Source: Verrucomicrobiota bacterium
GTDB lineage: Bacteria; Verrucomicrobiota; Verrucomicrobiia; JABWAM01
DNA: 64,000 bases
Assembly: GCA_023269615.1 (NCBI GenBank)
Contig: JAHFSY010000020.1
Coordinates: 3,873 to 67,872 of the forward strand
Direction of reading: 5' to 3'
Shown: positions 1 through 7,768 of the stretch, piece after piece
How positions within the stretch are numbered: the stretch's first letter is position 1
How the letters are laid out: each line of letters begins with the position of its first letter
Program-made: the position numbers and the translations under genes
Notes under the pieces: generated by a model
The model's input: only the letters and a program-made list of their open reading frames with translations
Databases searched by the model: none
Told to the model about the DNA's origin: nothing

Positions 1-1
1 C

Positions 2-241
2 AACCTGAAAGAAGCTTTCGAATATTACTCTCGGGCATTGGAAGATTATCAAGGATGTGTCGATCGGGTGCATGACGATGAAGAACAGCGTGACATTCGA
101 CGAACTCAGGGTGAATGGGTGGAGGAAACGGGGGTCCACTATCTTGGGGACGCCGGTAATTTGCATTGCTCAAAGAGACTCGCTGAAGCGAAGTTAAAAA
201 CTGATGTGCTTCAGGCCGATTTACGCCGCGCGAACAAATAA
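2..241 (+). CDS. 3' end of a gene that begins upstream of the window (helical, TPR-like C-terminus); lower-GC DNA
   Basis: Open frame running from the window edge to the TAA at 239-241. Local GC is about 47-50% against about 65% elsewhere. Confidence 0.3.
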   Translation, partial: NLKEAFEYYSRALEDYQGCVDRVHDDEEQRDIRRTQGEWVEETGVHYLGDAGNLHCSKRLAEAKLKTDVLQADLRRANK

Positions 242-264
242 GCATTCTGGCATGACATTGGAAT

Positions 265-705
265 ATGAATCCAACCAAAGTCCAACCCGTGATGACTGCG
301 GCGCGCGATTGTGCGCTTGTGATGCTGGAGAGCGCTACTTATATCCAGCGCGAGTTGCCCAATGTTCAGATGGACGATTCAATTCGGGCGACGACGGAAG
401 AGCTTTGCTCGGCGCTTGTCGGAACCAAGCACGACATGTTTACCGAGGCGTTCGAGCTCGACGAGCTTCTCGCTGCCGAAGCCTCCGAGTCGGACATCCT
501 TGTGCGGGTGAACCGCATCGTGCAGTGGCTCTGGCAGGATGTTGAGCGGATGCATCAGCTTGTTACCGCACTCGAATCCGCCAGCAAGCGTGATCCAGCT
601 TTTGGGCTCGCGTACCTGCTCATCGCAGAGTCTGCCACCAATATCCTGCAGGCATTCAACCGCACCCGGGCGGCGGCAGACCAGCTCAAGAGTCAGGCAG
701 GATGA
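265..705 (+). CDS. hypothetical protein (146 aa, predicted alpha-helical, acidic)
   Basis: ATG-initiated ORF in the lower-GC stretch at the window start. No recognisable motif. Confidence 0.35.
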   Translation: MNPTKVQPVMTAARDCALVMLESATYIQRELPNVQMDDSIRATTEELCSALVGTKHDMFTEAFELDELLAAEASESDILVRVNRIVQWLWQDVERMHQLVTALESASKRDPAFGLAYLLIAESATNILQAFNRTRAAADQLKSQAG

Positions 706-806
706 GATGGGAATGCAGGGCGGAGACAGGACCCTGTATCCCGGACGACGCGACGAGTCGCGTCGTCGAAAGCTCCGACAAGTCGGAGCACTCCATGTTT
801 GGCATC

Positions 807-1580
807 CTACAAAAAGATTGTGCCCAGCGGGGCGCCGGAAAAGAGGCGGGGGAGGATGTTTGGGGTTTGGCCGTTGGCGATCACGAAGGGGCGGCCGGTG
901 GCCAGCACCCGGCGGGCGGCCAGGAGTTTGCTGCGCATGCCGCCCACGGAACGATGGGAATTGGAATCGCCGGCGTGACGTTCGATCTCAGCTGTGATTT
1001 TTTTGATGGTGGGCAGGACGCGGTTTGAACCCACGATGAATCCGTCAATGTTGCTGAGGATCACGCACGCGTGGGCGTGGATGAGTTCGTGGACCATCGC
1101 GGCGAGCTGATCGTTGTCGCCGAATTTGATTTCCGCAAAGGAGACGGCGTCATTTTCGTTGACCACGGGAACCACGCCGCGACGGATGAGGTTCAGCAAT
1201 GTGTGGCGCGCGTTGTTGCGGCGTTCGGCGTGGCGCATGTCGTCGTGCGTGAGGAGGATCTGGGCGACGGTGATGCCGAGGCGCGTGAACGCGCGCTCGT
1301 AACTGGCCATGAGAAGGTTTTGTCCGATGGCGGCACAGGCTTGGAGATCGGAAATGCGTGTGGGCCGTTTTTTCAGTTTCAGCCGTCCCATGCCCGCGCC
1401 GATGGCGCCGGACGAGACGAGCACGAGATGGCAGCTCTTTTTCCGAAGGGTGGCGACCTGCGAGGCAAGGCGGGCGATGCGGCGCGTGTCCAGCCCGCCG
1501 GCGTGCGTGGATAGAATGCCGGTGCCGAGTTTGACGACAATCAAACGCGCCTTCGTAAGAATGTTACGGTCCGTGTGCAT
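807..1580 (-). CDS. proB: glutamate 5-kinase (short form, no PUA domain)
   Basis: Start sequence ARLIVVKLGTGILS and the amino-acid-kinase fold motif LVSSGAIGAG match ProB. ATG at 1578-1580 chosen over the TTG at 1625. Confidence 0.85.
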   Translation of the reverse strand: MHTDRNILTKARLIVVKLGTGILSTHAGGLDTRRIARLASQVATLRKKSCHLVLVSSGAIGAGMGRLKLKKRPTRISDLQACAAIGQNLLMASYERAFTRLGITVAQILLTHDDMRHAERRNNARHTLLNLIRRGVVPVVNENDAVSFAEIKFGDNDQLAAMVHELIHAHACVILSNIDGFIVGSNRVLPTIKKITAEIERHAGDSNSHRSVGGMRSKLLAARRVLATGRPFVIANGQTPNILPRLFSGAPLGTIFL

Positions 1581-1684
1581 GGAGAGGCGGATTTTGTAAC
1601 CCGTCGCAGCGCATGAGGCGAGCAAATCTCGAGGCAGCGGTCAGCTGTCAGTAATCAGCCATCGGCTTGCGGATTCCTTTTTCT

Positions 1685-1836
1685 CTCTCCGTGTCCGCTG
1701 TGTCTCCGTGGTTTTCTCCGCCCCCTGTTGGACGTTCAACGTTCGACGCTCGATGTTGAACGTTCCCGCTGCCTGCTTCCTCCGATCCGGAAGGAAGAAG
1801 AAAGCCACGGAGGCACGGCGAACACGGAGGTGGGAG
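1685..1836. repeat. palindromic repeat element E1: cacggag-rich arms around an acgttcaacgttcgacg core
   Basis: Left arm ctctccgtgtccgctgtgtctccgtgg is the reverse complement of right arm ccacggaggcacggcgaacacggag. The centre, ggacgttcaacgttcgacgctcgatgttgaacgttcc, is itself near-palindromic. Confidence 0.6.
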
Positions 1837-1842
1837 CAGGCA

Positions 1843-2277
1843 TCATAGCGGCACGCCGAGCCTCTCCGCCTTTGCGAGTTCCTTCTGGTTCTCATCGAAG
1901 GTGAGAAACTGCCTGGCTTTCACAACGAGAGCAGCAGCGACATGGAGAATGTCAAAACCACGATGTCCACCAGTGAGGGTGTGCATGGCCGAGAGCCTTT
2001 TGGCTTCATCGACAACATCAGCCAGGTTGCAAATGTGGACCTTGAGCCTGCCGCTGGCCAGATCCGCTTCAAACTGGGCCCAAAACGACGCAGCTTCCCC
2101 CTTGGCAATCACTTTGCGAAATTCGGCAAAGCGGAGCGCGTTGCTCAATTCATACTCACCCAGCGCAGTGAGGGTAAGCGCGGTTCGCTGGGTCTTCATC
2201 CATGCCACCGCCCGGGGAGTATGGGCGTCGTTTCCGTAGAGCGAGAACAAAAAACTGGTATCTGCGCAAATTACCAT
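1843..2277 (-). CDS. vapC: PIN-domain toxin (VapC-like)
   Basis: N-terminus MVICADTSFL is a PIN signature and a conserved D sits near the C-terminus. The start overlaps the stop of the upstream antitoxin (ATGGTAA). Confidence 0.8.
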   Translation of the reverse strand: MVICADTSFLFSLYGNDAHTPRAVAWMKTQRTALTLTALGEYELSNALRFAEFRKVIAKGEAASFWAQFEADLASGRLKVHICNLADVVDEAKRLSAMHTLTGGHRGFDILHVAAALVVKARQFLTFDENQKELAKAERLGVPL

Positions 2278-2522
2278 TTTCCGCCAGCCTCATGGATGAT
2301 TTTTAGCGACTCCGCAGCCTTCAGCACACGTGAACCGGATCGATCCCGCTTCACCGCCGGGCTTTGAGACCAATCCACCCTATGGGCAGGCCGATCCTGC
2401 TCTGGAACGAGCCGGGCGATGGCCTTTCCTCTTTGCGTGATGATAATTTCCTCGCCGGCCCCAATCCAGCTCAGCAGGCTGGTGTAGCGGTTTCTCAAGT
2501 CTCGGACGGTTGCTGTTTTCAT
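2271..2522 (-). CDS. vapB: antitoxin with Phd/YefM-type fold (VapB-like)
   Basis: MKTATVRDLRNRYTSLL...EEIIITQRGKAIARLVP. GGAG lies 4 nt upstream of the ATG at 2520-2522. Gene is 4-bp overlap-coupled to vapC. Confidence 0.65.
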   Translation of the reverse strand: MKTATVRDLRNRYTSLLSWIGAGEEIIITQRGKAIARLVPEQDRPAHRVDWSQSPAVKRDRSGSRVLKAAESLKIIHEAGGKW

Positions 2523-2616
2523 GATGCTCCAATATTGGCGCACATGGCTCATTTGTCAAACAGACTTCAATCCTCCACATGGCATCGAAGATTTGTGTCG
2601 CAGGGAGGCAAGCGGC

Positions 2617-2695
2617 AACGTCCAACGTCCAACGTCGAACCTTCAACAGGGGAAGAAGAAAACCACGGAGTAACGGAGAACACGGAGCTGGGAGA
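2617..2695. repeat. E-family repeat copy E2 (acgtccaacgtcgaac ... gaagaagaaaaccacggagtaacggagaacacggagctgggag)
   Basis: Direct-orientation match to the right arm of E1 (1795-1836). Confidence 0.5.
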
Positions 2696-2763
2696 ATGCA
2701 GAATTTCACGGGCTCGGGATGTAGAGGCGCTTCCGCGAAGCGCCGCTGGGGGCAGGGGGAGGA

Positions 2764-2808
2764 GCGTCCAACGTCGAACATCGAACGTCCAACAGGAGGA
2801 GGAGCGGG
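2764..2808. repeat. partial E-family repeat (cgtccaacgtcgaacatcgaacgtccaacagg)
   Basis: Shares the acgtccaacgtcgaac motif with E1 and E2 and abuts hairpin-H copy 1. Confidence 0.4.
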
Positions 2809-2814
2809 ATGCTG

Positions 2815-2910
2815 GGTGGTTGCCTTGTGCTTTTTGCGTCTCTTTTGCGGCCGGTCGCCGCATTCGGCACGTCGGAAGATGGCCGCGAAAAGGCGCATGA
2901 GGCACAAGAA
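2815..2910. repeat. hairpin repeat H, copy 1 (29-bp arms cttgtgctttttgcgtctcttttgcggcc / ggccgcgaaaaggcgcatgaggcacaag, ~28-nt loop)
   Basis: The two arms are reverse complements of each other. The same element recurs at 3566-3660 and 46605-46700. Confidence 0.6.
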
Positions 2911-2984
2911 TGACAGACCAATTCCAAATGCGGTGGCCCTGCGGGCGAGGGCGCAGTCATCTCGAATTTTGGGCAACGTCGCGT

Positions 2985-3013
2985 TGACTCGATGGGCATG
3001 TTGCTCTACATTG
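2985..3013 (+). promoter_or_regulatory. candidate sigma70-like promoter (TTGACT - 17 bp - TACATT) directly in front of mazE
   Basis: TTGACT at 2985-2990 and TACATT at 3008-3013 with a 17-bp spacer. The ATG at 3019 lies 6 nt downstream, so the mRNA could be leaderless. Confidence 0.25.
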
Positions 3014-3018
3014 TTTTC

Positions 3019-3231
3019 ATGCACGCGATCGAGTTCACTGCGGAATTGAGTGGCCAGCCTGTCTTGACCATTCCCAAGGAAGTGGCGGCCCAGCTTCCGA
3101 AGGAAGGGCGGGCCCGGATCATCGTGCTGACGGCGGATGGTTCGGATGATGCGCAGTGGAATGGGGCGGCATACGAGCAGTTCATGCGCGACGATTCGCC
3201 GGAAGATGCCGTTTACGACAATTACCGATAG
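3019..3231 (+). CDS. mazE: AbrB/MazE-type antitoxin
   Basis: Swapped-hairpin signature GQPVLTIPKEVAAQLPKEGRARIIVL. Its 3' end overlaps the MazF-like gene. Confidence 0.55.
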   Translation: MHAIEFTAELSGQPVLTIPKEVAAQLPKEGRARIIVLTADGSDDAQWNGAAYEQFMRDDSPEDAVYDNYR

Positions 3232-3544
3232 CGTGTTCGGCCAGGTTTTTATCTGTCAGTTCCCGTTCACTTCGGGTGCATTCAGCAAACCGCGCCCCGT
3301 GCTGGCGCTGTTCGACCTTCAGCAGGATGTGGTCATCTGTCGCATCACATCGGTGATTCGCAATGGGCCGCTGGATGTAACGCTGAAGGATTGGACTCTC
3401 TCCGGGCTGGCAAAGCCGTCGGTTGCGCGGCTGGACAGATTGGTTACGGCGGAAAAAACCATTCTCGGACGCCGATTGGGATGCCTGAGTGCGGTGGACG
3501 AAGCATCCGTCCGAGTTGTATGGAACCAGCACATGCGACTTTGA
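3206..3544 (+). CDS. mazF: MazF/PemK-family endoribonuclease toxin
   Basis: GQVFICQFPFTSGAFSKPRPVLAL ... VVICRITS matches the PemK/MazF consensus. GGAAG sits just before the ATG at 3206. Confidence 0.7.
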   Translation: MPFTTITDSVFGQVFICQFPFTSGAFSKPRPVLALFDLQQDVVICRITSVIRNGPLDVTLKDWTLSGLAKPSVARLDRLVTAEKTILGRRLGCLSAVDEASVRVVWNQHMRL

Positions 3545-3565
3545 AAGAGTTTAGTGGGGCGTCGG

Positions 3566-3660
3566 GTGGTTGCCTTGTGCTTTTTGCGCCTCTTTGCGGC
3601 CATCTTCCCGCGGACCGAATTCAGAACTGGGCCACAAAGAGGCACAAGAGGCATAAGGCT
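3566..3660. repeat. hairpin repeat H, copy 2
   Basis: gggtggttgccttgtgctttttgcgcctctttgcggcc ... gggccacaaagaggcacaagaggcataagg. Lies immediately 3' of mazF. Confidence 0.6.
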
Positions 3661-3738
3661 GCCAACAGCAGTTCCCTGCCCACCTCCAGAAGTGGGCGCC
3701 ATGGCGCAGTCATCTTGACTTGTGGAAATGGTTGACGG

Positions 3739-4341
3739 ATGTTGGAGCTGTTGACATCCAGCGGCTCCGGGTCTGCTCGGACGTTCGACAACATCGTGAC
3801 GCGCACTTTCACTCTTGTCTGTTTGGCCTTGCTGGCGGGCTGCGGCTTCACGCCGCAGAAGCTGGCCTACACTGATCCGCAAGTGCAGGAGTTGCTCCGC
3901 GCCACCGAGGCCGCTTCGAGCAACCGATTCGGTTTCACACCAGTTGCCACGAATGCAGATATCCGCTTGGAGGAGTCGTCAGGTGCATACGACCGGATGC
4001 TTCATGTTTACGGACGCACGAGTCGCACCATTGCCTTTCGCAAGCAGGCGAAGGGTTTCACGTGGATTGGAGAGCAGGAGACTTACAGAGGTCCGAAGCA
4101 ATACACAACGGTTGACGGCACTTCCTTTGAAGAGATTTGTCTGACCTACGAGCTTCAGCGTGTTGCACACTACAGGCTGAATCACCTGAACATCACCTAC
4201 TGGGGCGAGGATAAGCGACTGGTAAACAACGAGGACCTGAGACTTCAGATCATTTTGCCGGTCCTCAAAGAATGGGGTTACAATGTCGAGCAAATCGGTG
4301 CAGTGAACGGAAACCAGCCGCCTCGCACGGAGACAAATTAA
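3739..4341 (+). CDS. hypothetical lipoprotein
   Basis: Signal peptide with lipobox LLAGC. No recognisable catalytic motif. Confidence 0.5.
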   Translation: MLELLTSSGSGSARTFDNIVTRTFTLVCLALLAGCGFTPQKLAYTDPQVQELLRATEAASSNRFGFTPVATNADIRLEESSGAYDRMLHVYGRTSRTIAFRKQAKGFTWIGEQETYRGPKQYTTVDGTSFEEICLTYELQRVAHYRLNHLNITYWGEDKRLVNNEDLRLQIILPVLKEWGYNVEQIGAVNGNQPPRTETN

Positions 4342-4375
4342 TTACACTGCCATCCCATAGAAAAAGATTGGGGAT

Positions 4376-4491
4376 GGGGAGCACACGCGGCTCGCGTGTC
4401 CAAAATCGGCGGCTCGCCGATTTTTCCCTCGGGACCAAGGAATTTGTTCGACGAGCCGTCGAACAAGACACGCGAGCCGCGTGTGCTCCCC
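4376..4491. repeat. perfect 25-bp inverted repeat (ggggagcacacgcggctcgcgtgtc / gacacgcgagccgcgtgtgctcccc) enclosing nested palindromes
   Basis: Arms at 4376-4400 and 4467-4491 are exact reverse complements. The interior holds caaaatcggcggctcgccgatttt and cgacgagccgtcg hairpins. Confidence 0.55.
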
Positions 4492-4657
4492 AGACGGAAA
4501 ATTCTTAAACTCACTTTTGGAAATGATTTCGTCTTTCCACTGGCTGATTTTGGAAAAGACGCTTTTTGGCGTTCTGTGGGATGGCAGTGAATTAATTAAC
4601 AATACAAATTCGAAACGGGGAATGCACCTACCCGTCAGGCTGCGCGTCAGGCTGCGC

Positions 4658-6619
4658 TTACAGGATGGCGTGAAATTCCCAGGGGAGCTTCCAGTGGCCG
4701 TTGATCTGGCAGCGGAAATGGATCGTGAGGTTGGCGACTTGCTGTCCGTACACGGGGGAACACAGGGTGTCGAGGAGTGTTGGCGCCGGGGCGCGGGGAA
4801 AGATGAGGGCGGCGCCGGGGAGGGTGACGCGGTCGGGCGTGATGCGGATGTTTTTACGGGTCAGCGAGGGATCGAGATGAAGGTGGAAATCCATGAAGTG
4901 CGGGCCGTCGCCCAGGATCTCATCGAGGATGACGAGGCGATGGGATTTTTTGTCGAGTTGGATGGAGCGGCGGTGGATGGCTCCCAGATGGTGATAGCCC
5001 TGGTGCTCGCCGCAGAAGGTGGTTTCTGTTTCCGAATCCTTCCACGAGTCGCAATGCGCGTGGGTGCGGTCGCGCAACATGCGCCAGTCCTCGATCGGGT
5101 TTTGTTCCTTGCCGTCGAGCATGAGCGTGTTGTGGGCGGCGGTGGAGCGGAAGGCGTTGCGCGTCGGGATGTCGGCCGAATAACAGCATGTTCCCGCGTC
5201 TATGATCATGGGACGACCGCGCAAGCGGATGACGACGGAGAGCTTGTCGTTGTGGGCGTGGCCGCCGACGCCTTCCTGCCCGTTGGGCCCGCAGGCGACG
5301 TGGCAGCTGAGGGCGTCGGAGCGCAGGATGTAGAGGCCGGCGCTGCGAAGCGCGGCTGATTTGAGATTTGAAATTTGAGATTTGAGATCGGAGGTGCGGC
5401 TTGAGGGCTCGGCGGAATTGGAGATTTGATCGCCGCCAGGGCGGGACAGGGATTTGAGATCTGAAACGCGAAGCGCGCTGCTGCGACTTTCGGATGCCGG
5501 GGAATCTGAAATTTCAAATTTCAAATTTGAGATTTGCAGAGTCCCGCTGTCGTCGTCGCCGATTTGTGGGTCGAGGTTTTCCGGGCCGCGGAGAGACGCG
5601 TCGGTTTCGCGCATCTGTTTCAGCCTCTCGTGGAAGCGGGGAGGGAAGTCAAGATGGTGCTGACGGTCGAGATGTTCGACCAGAGTGTAAAGTTCCACCA
5701 CGAAATGATGATAGGCGGTGGAGGCTTCGGCGTGGAAGCCGTCGGCGTCGGTTTGTGCGTCCATTTCGTGGATCAATTGCTTGCTGGCGAGGTGACGCCA
5801 TTCCTTGGATTCGCGGAATTGTGGGACGAAGGTGGCGATGGTGAGGAGGCCGACGAGGTCGGCGATGTAGTGGTTGGTGCGGCCGTAGGGCGTCCATTCG
5901 AGATGGTTGCGGATGTAACGGGCGTGGGCGAGAAGAGAAGGATGAAGGATGAGGGATGAGGGATGAAGTTTTTTTGGGGAGTTCAGAATGATGGCGAGGG
6001 CGCGGGACCATTGGATGGCTCTCAGGGCGACTTCCATGGCGTTGAGCCAGTGGGGGCCGAATTCGGGGGGATTTTTTTTGATGAAATCCTCGACGTAATT
6101 TCGCCAGGCGTCGGAGTATCTGGCGTCTCCCGTGAGCGCGTAGGCGCGCGCGAGGGGGATCGCCCAGCCGAAGCGGCCCAACTCCCAGAGGCGGCGGATG
6201 TCGGTGACGCCGTCATGGGCTGGATGGAAGACATCGTAGCGCGTGAAGTGAACGTCGCCGGGCCAGGCCTGGCGTGTGAGCGGGTCCTGATGCCAGCGAT
6301 TCGGCCGTGTGAGGTCGCATTCCTCTCCGAAGATTTGCACCCTGCCCTGGAGCACGATATCCGCCTCACGCAGGATTTCATCGCGGTTCCATGCGGTGGG
6401 GTTCGTGTCGTCGGCAAAGACGATCGGCTTGCCGTCGGACCATTCCTGCATGCAGGCGTCGAGGCTGGCGGGACGTCCCTGCCATGCGGCGAGCACGTCT
6501 TCCTCGCTCGGTTGCGTGTTGAACATGCGCGCGCAGAGAAACGCCGAGGCGTGACGGAATTCGCGTCGGAGGCGGTTGATGATTTTATGGACGAGTCGCA
6601 TGGGTGTTTTGAATCTCAT
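4658..6619 (-). CDS. heparinase II/III-like (alginate-lyase-fold) protein with an internal S-rich low-complexity insert
   Basis: N-terminal alpha/alpha-toroid region (DGFHAEASTAYHHF) and C-terminal GGHAHNDKLS ... IDAGT motif match the Hepar_II_III family. A roughly 70-aa ISNLKFE-type insert is encoded by heptanucleotide tracts. Confidence 0.65.
   Translation of the reverse strand: MRFKTPMRLVHKIINRLRREFRHASAFLCARMFNTQPSEEDVLAAWQGRPASLDACMQEWSDGKPIVFADDTNPTAWNRDEILREADIVLQGRVQIFGEECDLTRPNRWHQDPLTRQAWPGDVHFTRYDVFHPAHDGVTDIRRLWELGRFGWAIPLARAYALTGDARYSDAWRNYVEDFIKKNPPEFGPHWLNAMEVALRAIQWSRALAIILNSPKKLHPSSLILHPSLLAHARYIRNHLEWTPYGRTNHYIADLVGLLTIATFVPQFRESKEWRHLASKQLIHEMDAQTDADGFHAEASTAYHHFVVELYTLVEHLDRQHHLDFPPRFHERLKQMRETDASLRGPENLDPQIGDDDSGTLQISNLKFEISDSPASESRSSALRVSDLKSLSRPGGDQISNSAEPSSRTSDLKSQISNLKSAALRSAGLYILRSDALSCHVACGPNGQEGVGGHAHNDKLSVVIRLRGRPMIIDAGTCCYSADIPTRNAFRSTAAHNTLMLDGKEQNPIEDWRMLRDRTHAHCDSWKDSETETTFCGEHQGYHHLGAIHRRSIQLDKKSHRLVILDEILGDGPHFMDFHLHLDPSLTRKNIRITPDRVTLPGAALIFPRAPAPTLLDTLCSPVYGQQVANLTIHFRCQINGHWKLPWEFHAIL
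5355..5538. repeat. two GATTTGA-type heptanucleotide tandem tracts (5355-5391, 5500-5538) about 110 bp apart, inside the heparinase-like ORF
   Basis: gatttga gatttga aatttga gatttga gatc, and aatctga aatttca aatttca aatttga gatttgc. Confidence 0.6.
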
Positions 6620-7768
6620 CGTACACGTCGAAAGTGGCTACTGCATTTTTTTGTGCGTCAAATTTCTCCTTCGCCAGCGCCAGCCCCTGTTGTCCCAGGC
6701 GGTAGGCGCGCGCGCTATCCTGCGAGAGGTCCATCACGGCACGAGAGAGGGCGACGGGATCGCCGGCGGGGATGAGGAGGGCGGTTTCATTGCGCACAAC
6801 CAATTCGCGGACGCCATCCAGATCACTGGCGATCGAGGGCCTGGCCATGGCGGCGGCTTCGATGACGGGGCGGGCGAAGTGAGGGACGGTGGAGGGGAAG
6901 AGCAGGATGGTGGCATCGGCGAGGAGGGCGGGGACATCACGTCTTGGTCCGACGAGGTGAAGCCGGCTTTGGAATGCGTTGAGGTGCGGGGCGTTGGCGC
7001 GGAGTTGAAAATCCGGCGACGTTTCCCCCGCGAGGATGATGTGGGCCGAGCGCAGGCTTCCGAGGATGGTGGGCATGGCTTGGAGCAATATGTCGGCGCC
7101 CTTGACCTGTGCGCAACCACCGAGGAAGAGGAGGACGATGGCATCCGACGGAATCCGGAGTTCGCGGCGGATATCGCCGGTGGGCCGGTCCGCGTTGAAT
7201 TCAGTGAAGTCCACGAAGTTATGGATCACCTTCAGTTGTTCACCGGGCATTCTGAATCCGAGCTGTGTCGCGTCGTTGTGGGAGATGGCGATGATCCGCG
7301 TGGCGAGAGTGCGGATGGCGAGACGGAGCCACGCGCGACGGAAACCGATGTAACCGCGAGCCAGCGGTTCGCGAATGTGCCAGATGACGGGAAGCGAGAG
7401 CGAATGCGCTGCAAGGGCGGCGACAAGCAGGGTGGAGGAATTGAGATGGACGATGGGATGCCCCGGGTTGCGGGCGAGAGCGCGTCGCAGGCGGAAGAAA
7501 AGAGGAATGGATCGGAGCAGGCGCACGAAGAGTCGTGGAAATTGCCACCAGCGGAACCAGACGAGTTCGGTGTGGCTGAGATCGGGTCCCTCGATCACCG
7601 CAACTGGAAAATCTTCCTTGCGATACAACTCGGCGGCGGGACCTTCGCGGAGGCAGATCACATGCGGCTCGTATCGCGCGCGATCGAGTTTGCGCAGCAG
7701 GAAAAGAAGGCTCAGCGGCGCTCCGCCGAGGGCGCGTTCGTGGTGGATGTAGATGATCGGCGTCACAG
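6585..7768 (-). CDS. GT4-family glycosyltransferase
   Basis: GT4/GT-B fold motifs (EGPD ... HL; C-terminal FPS...E...EAMA-like region). Start set at a GTG that overlaps the TGA of the upstream gene (GTGA), so the start is uncertain. Confidence 0.65.

Noticed and set aside
1640-2830. Possible CRISPR array in the repeat-dense tract (recurring acgtccaacgtcgaac and cacggag motifs)
   Set aside because: Repeat units differ in length and spacing. There are no regularly sized unique spacers and no cas genes. The pattern is palindromic/MITE-like instead.
2815-3660. Conserved small peptide MAAKRRKKHK encoded by the hairpin-H repeats
   Set aside because: The same codons appear on both strands because the element is a palindrome. 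The reading frame is not preserved on the second arm of copy 3. Treated as a DNA/RNA structural repeat, with the peptide only a low-probability alternative (kept as a caveat in findings).
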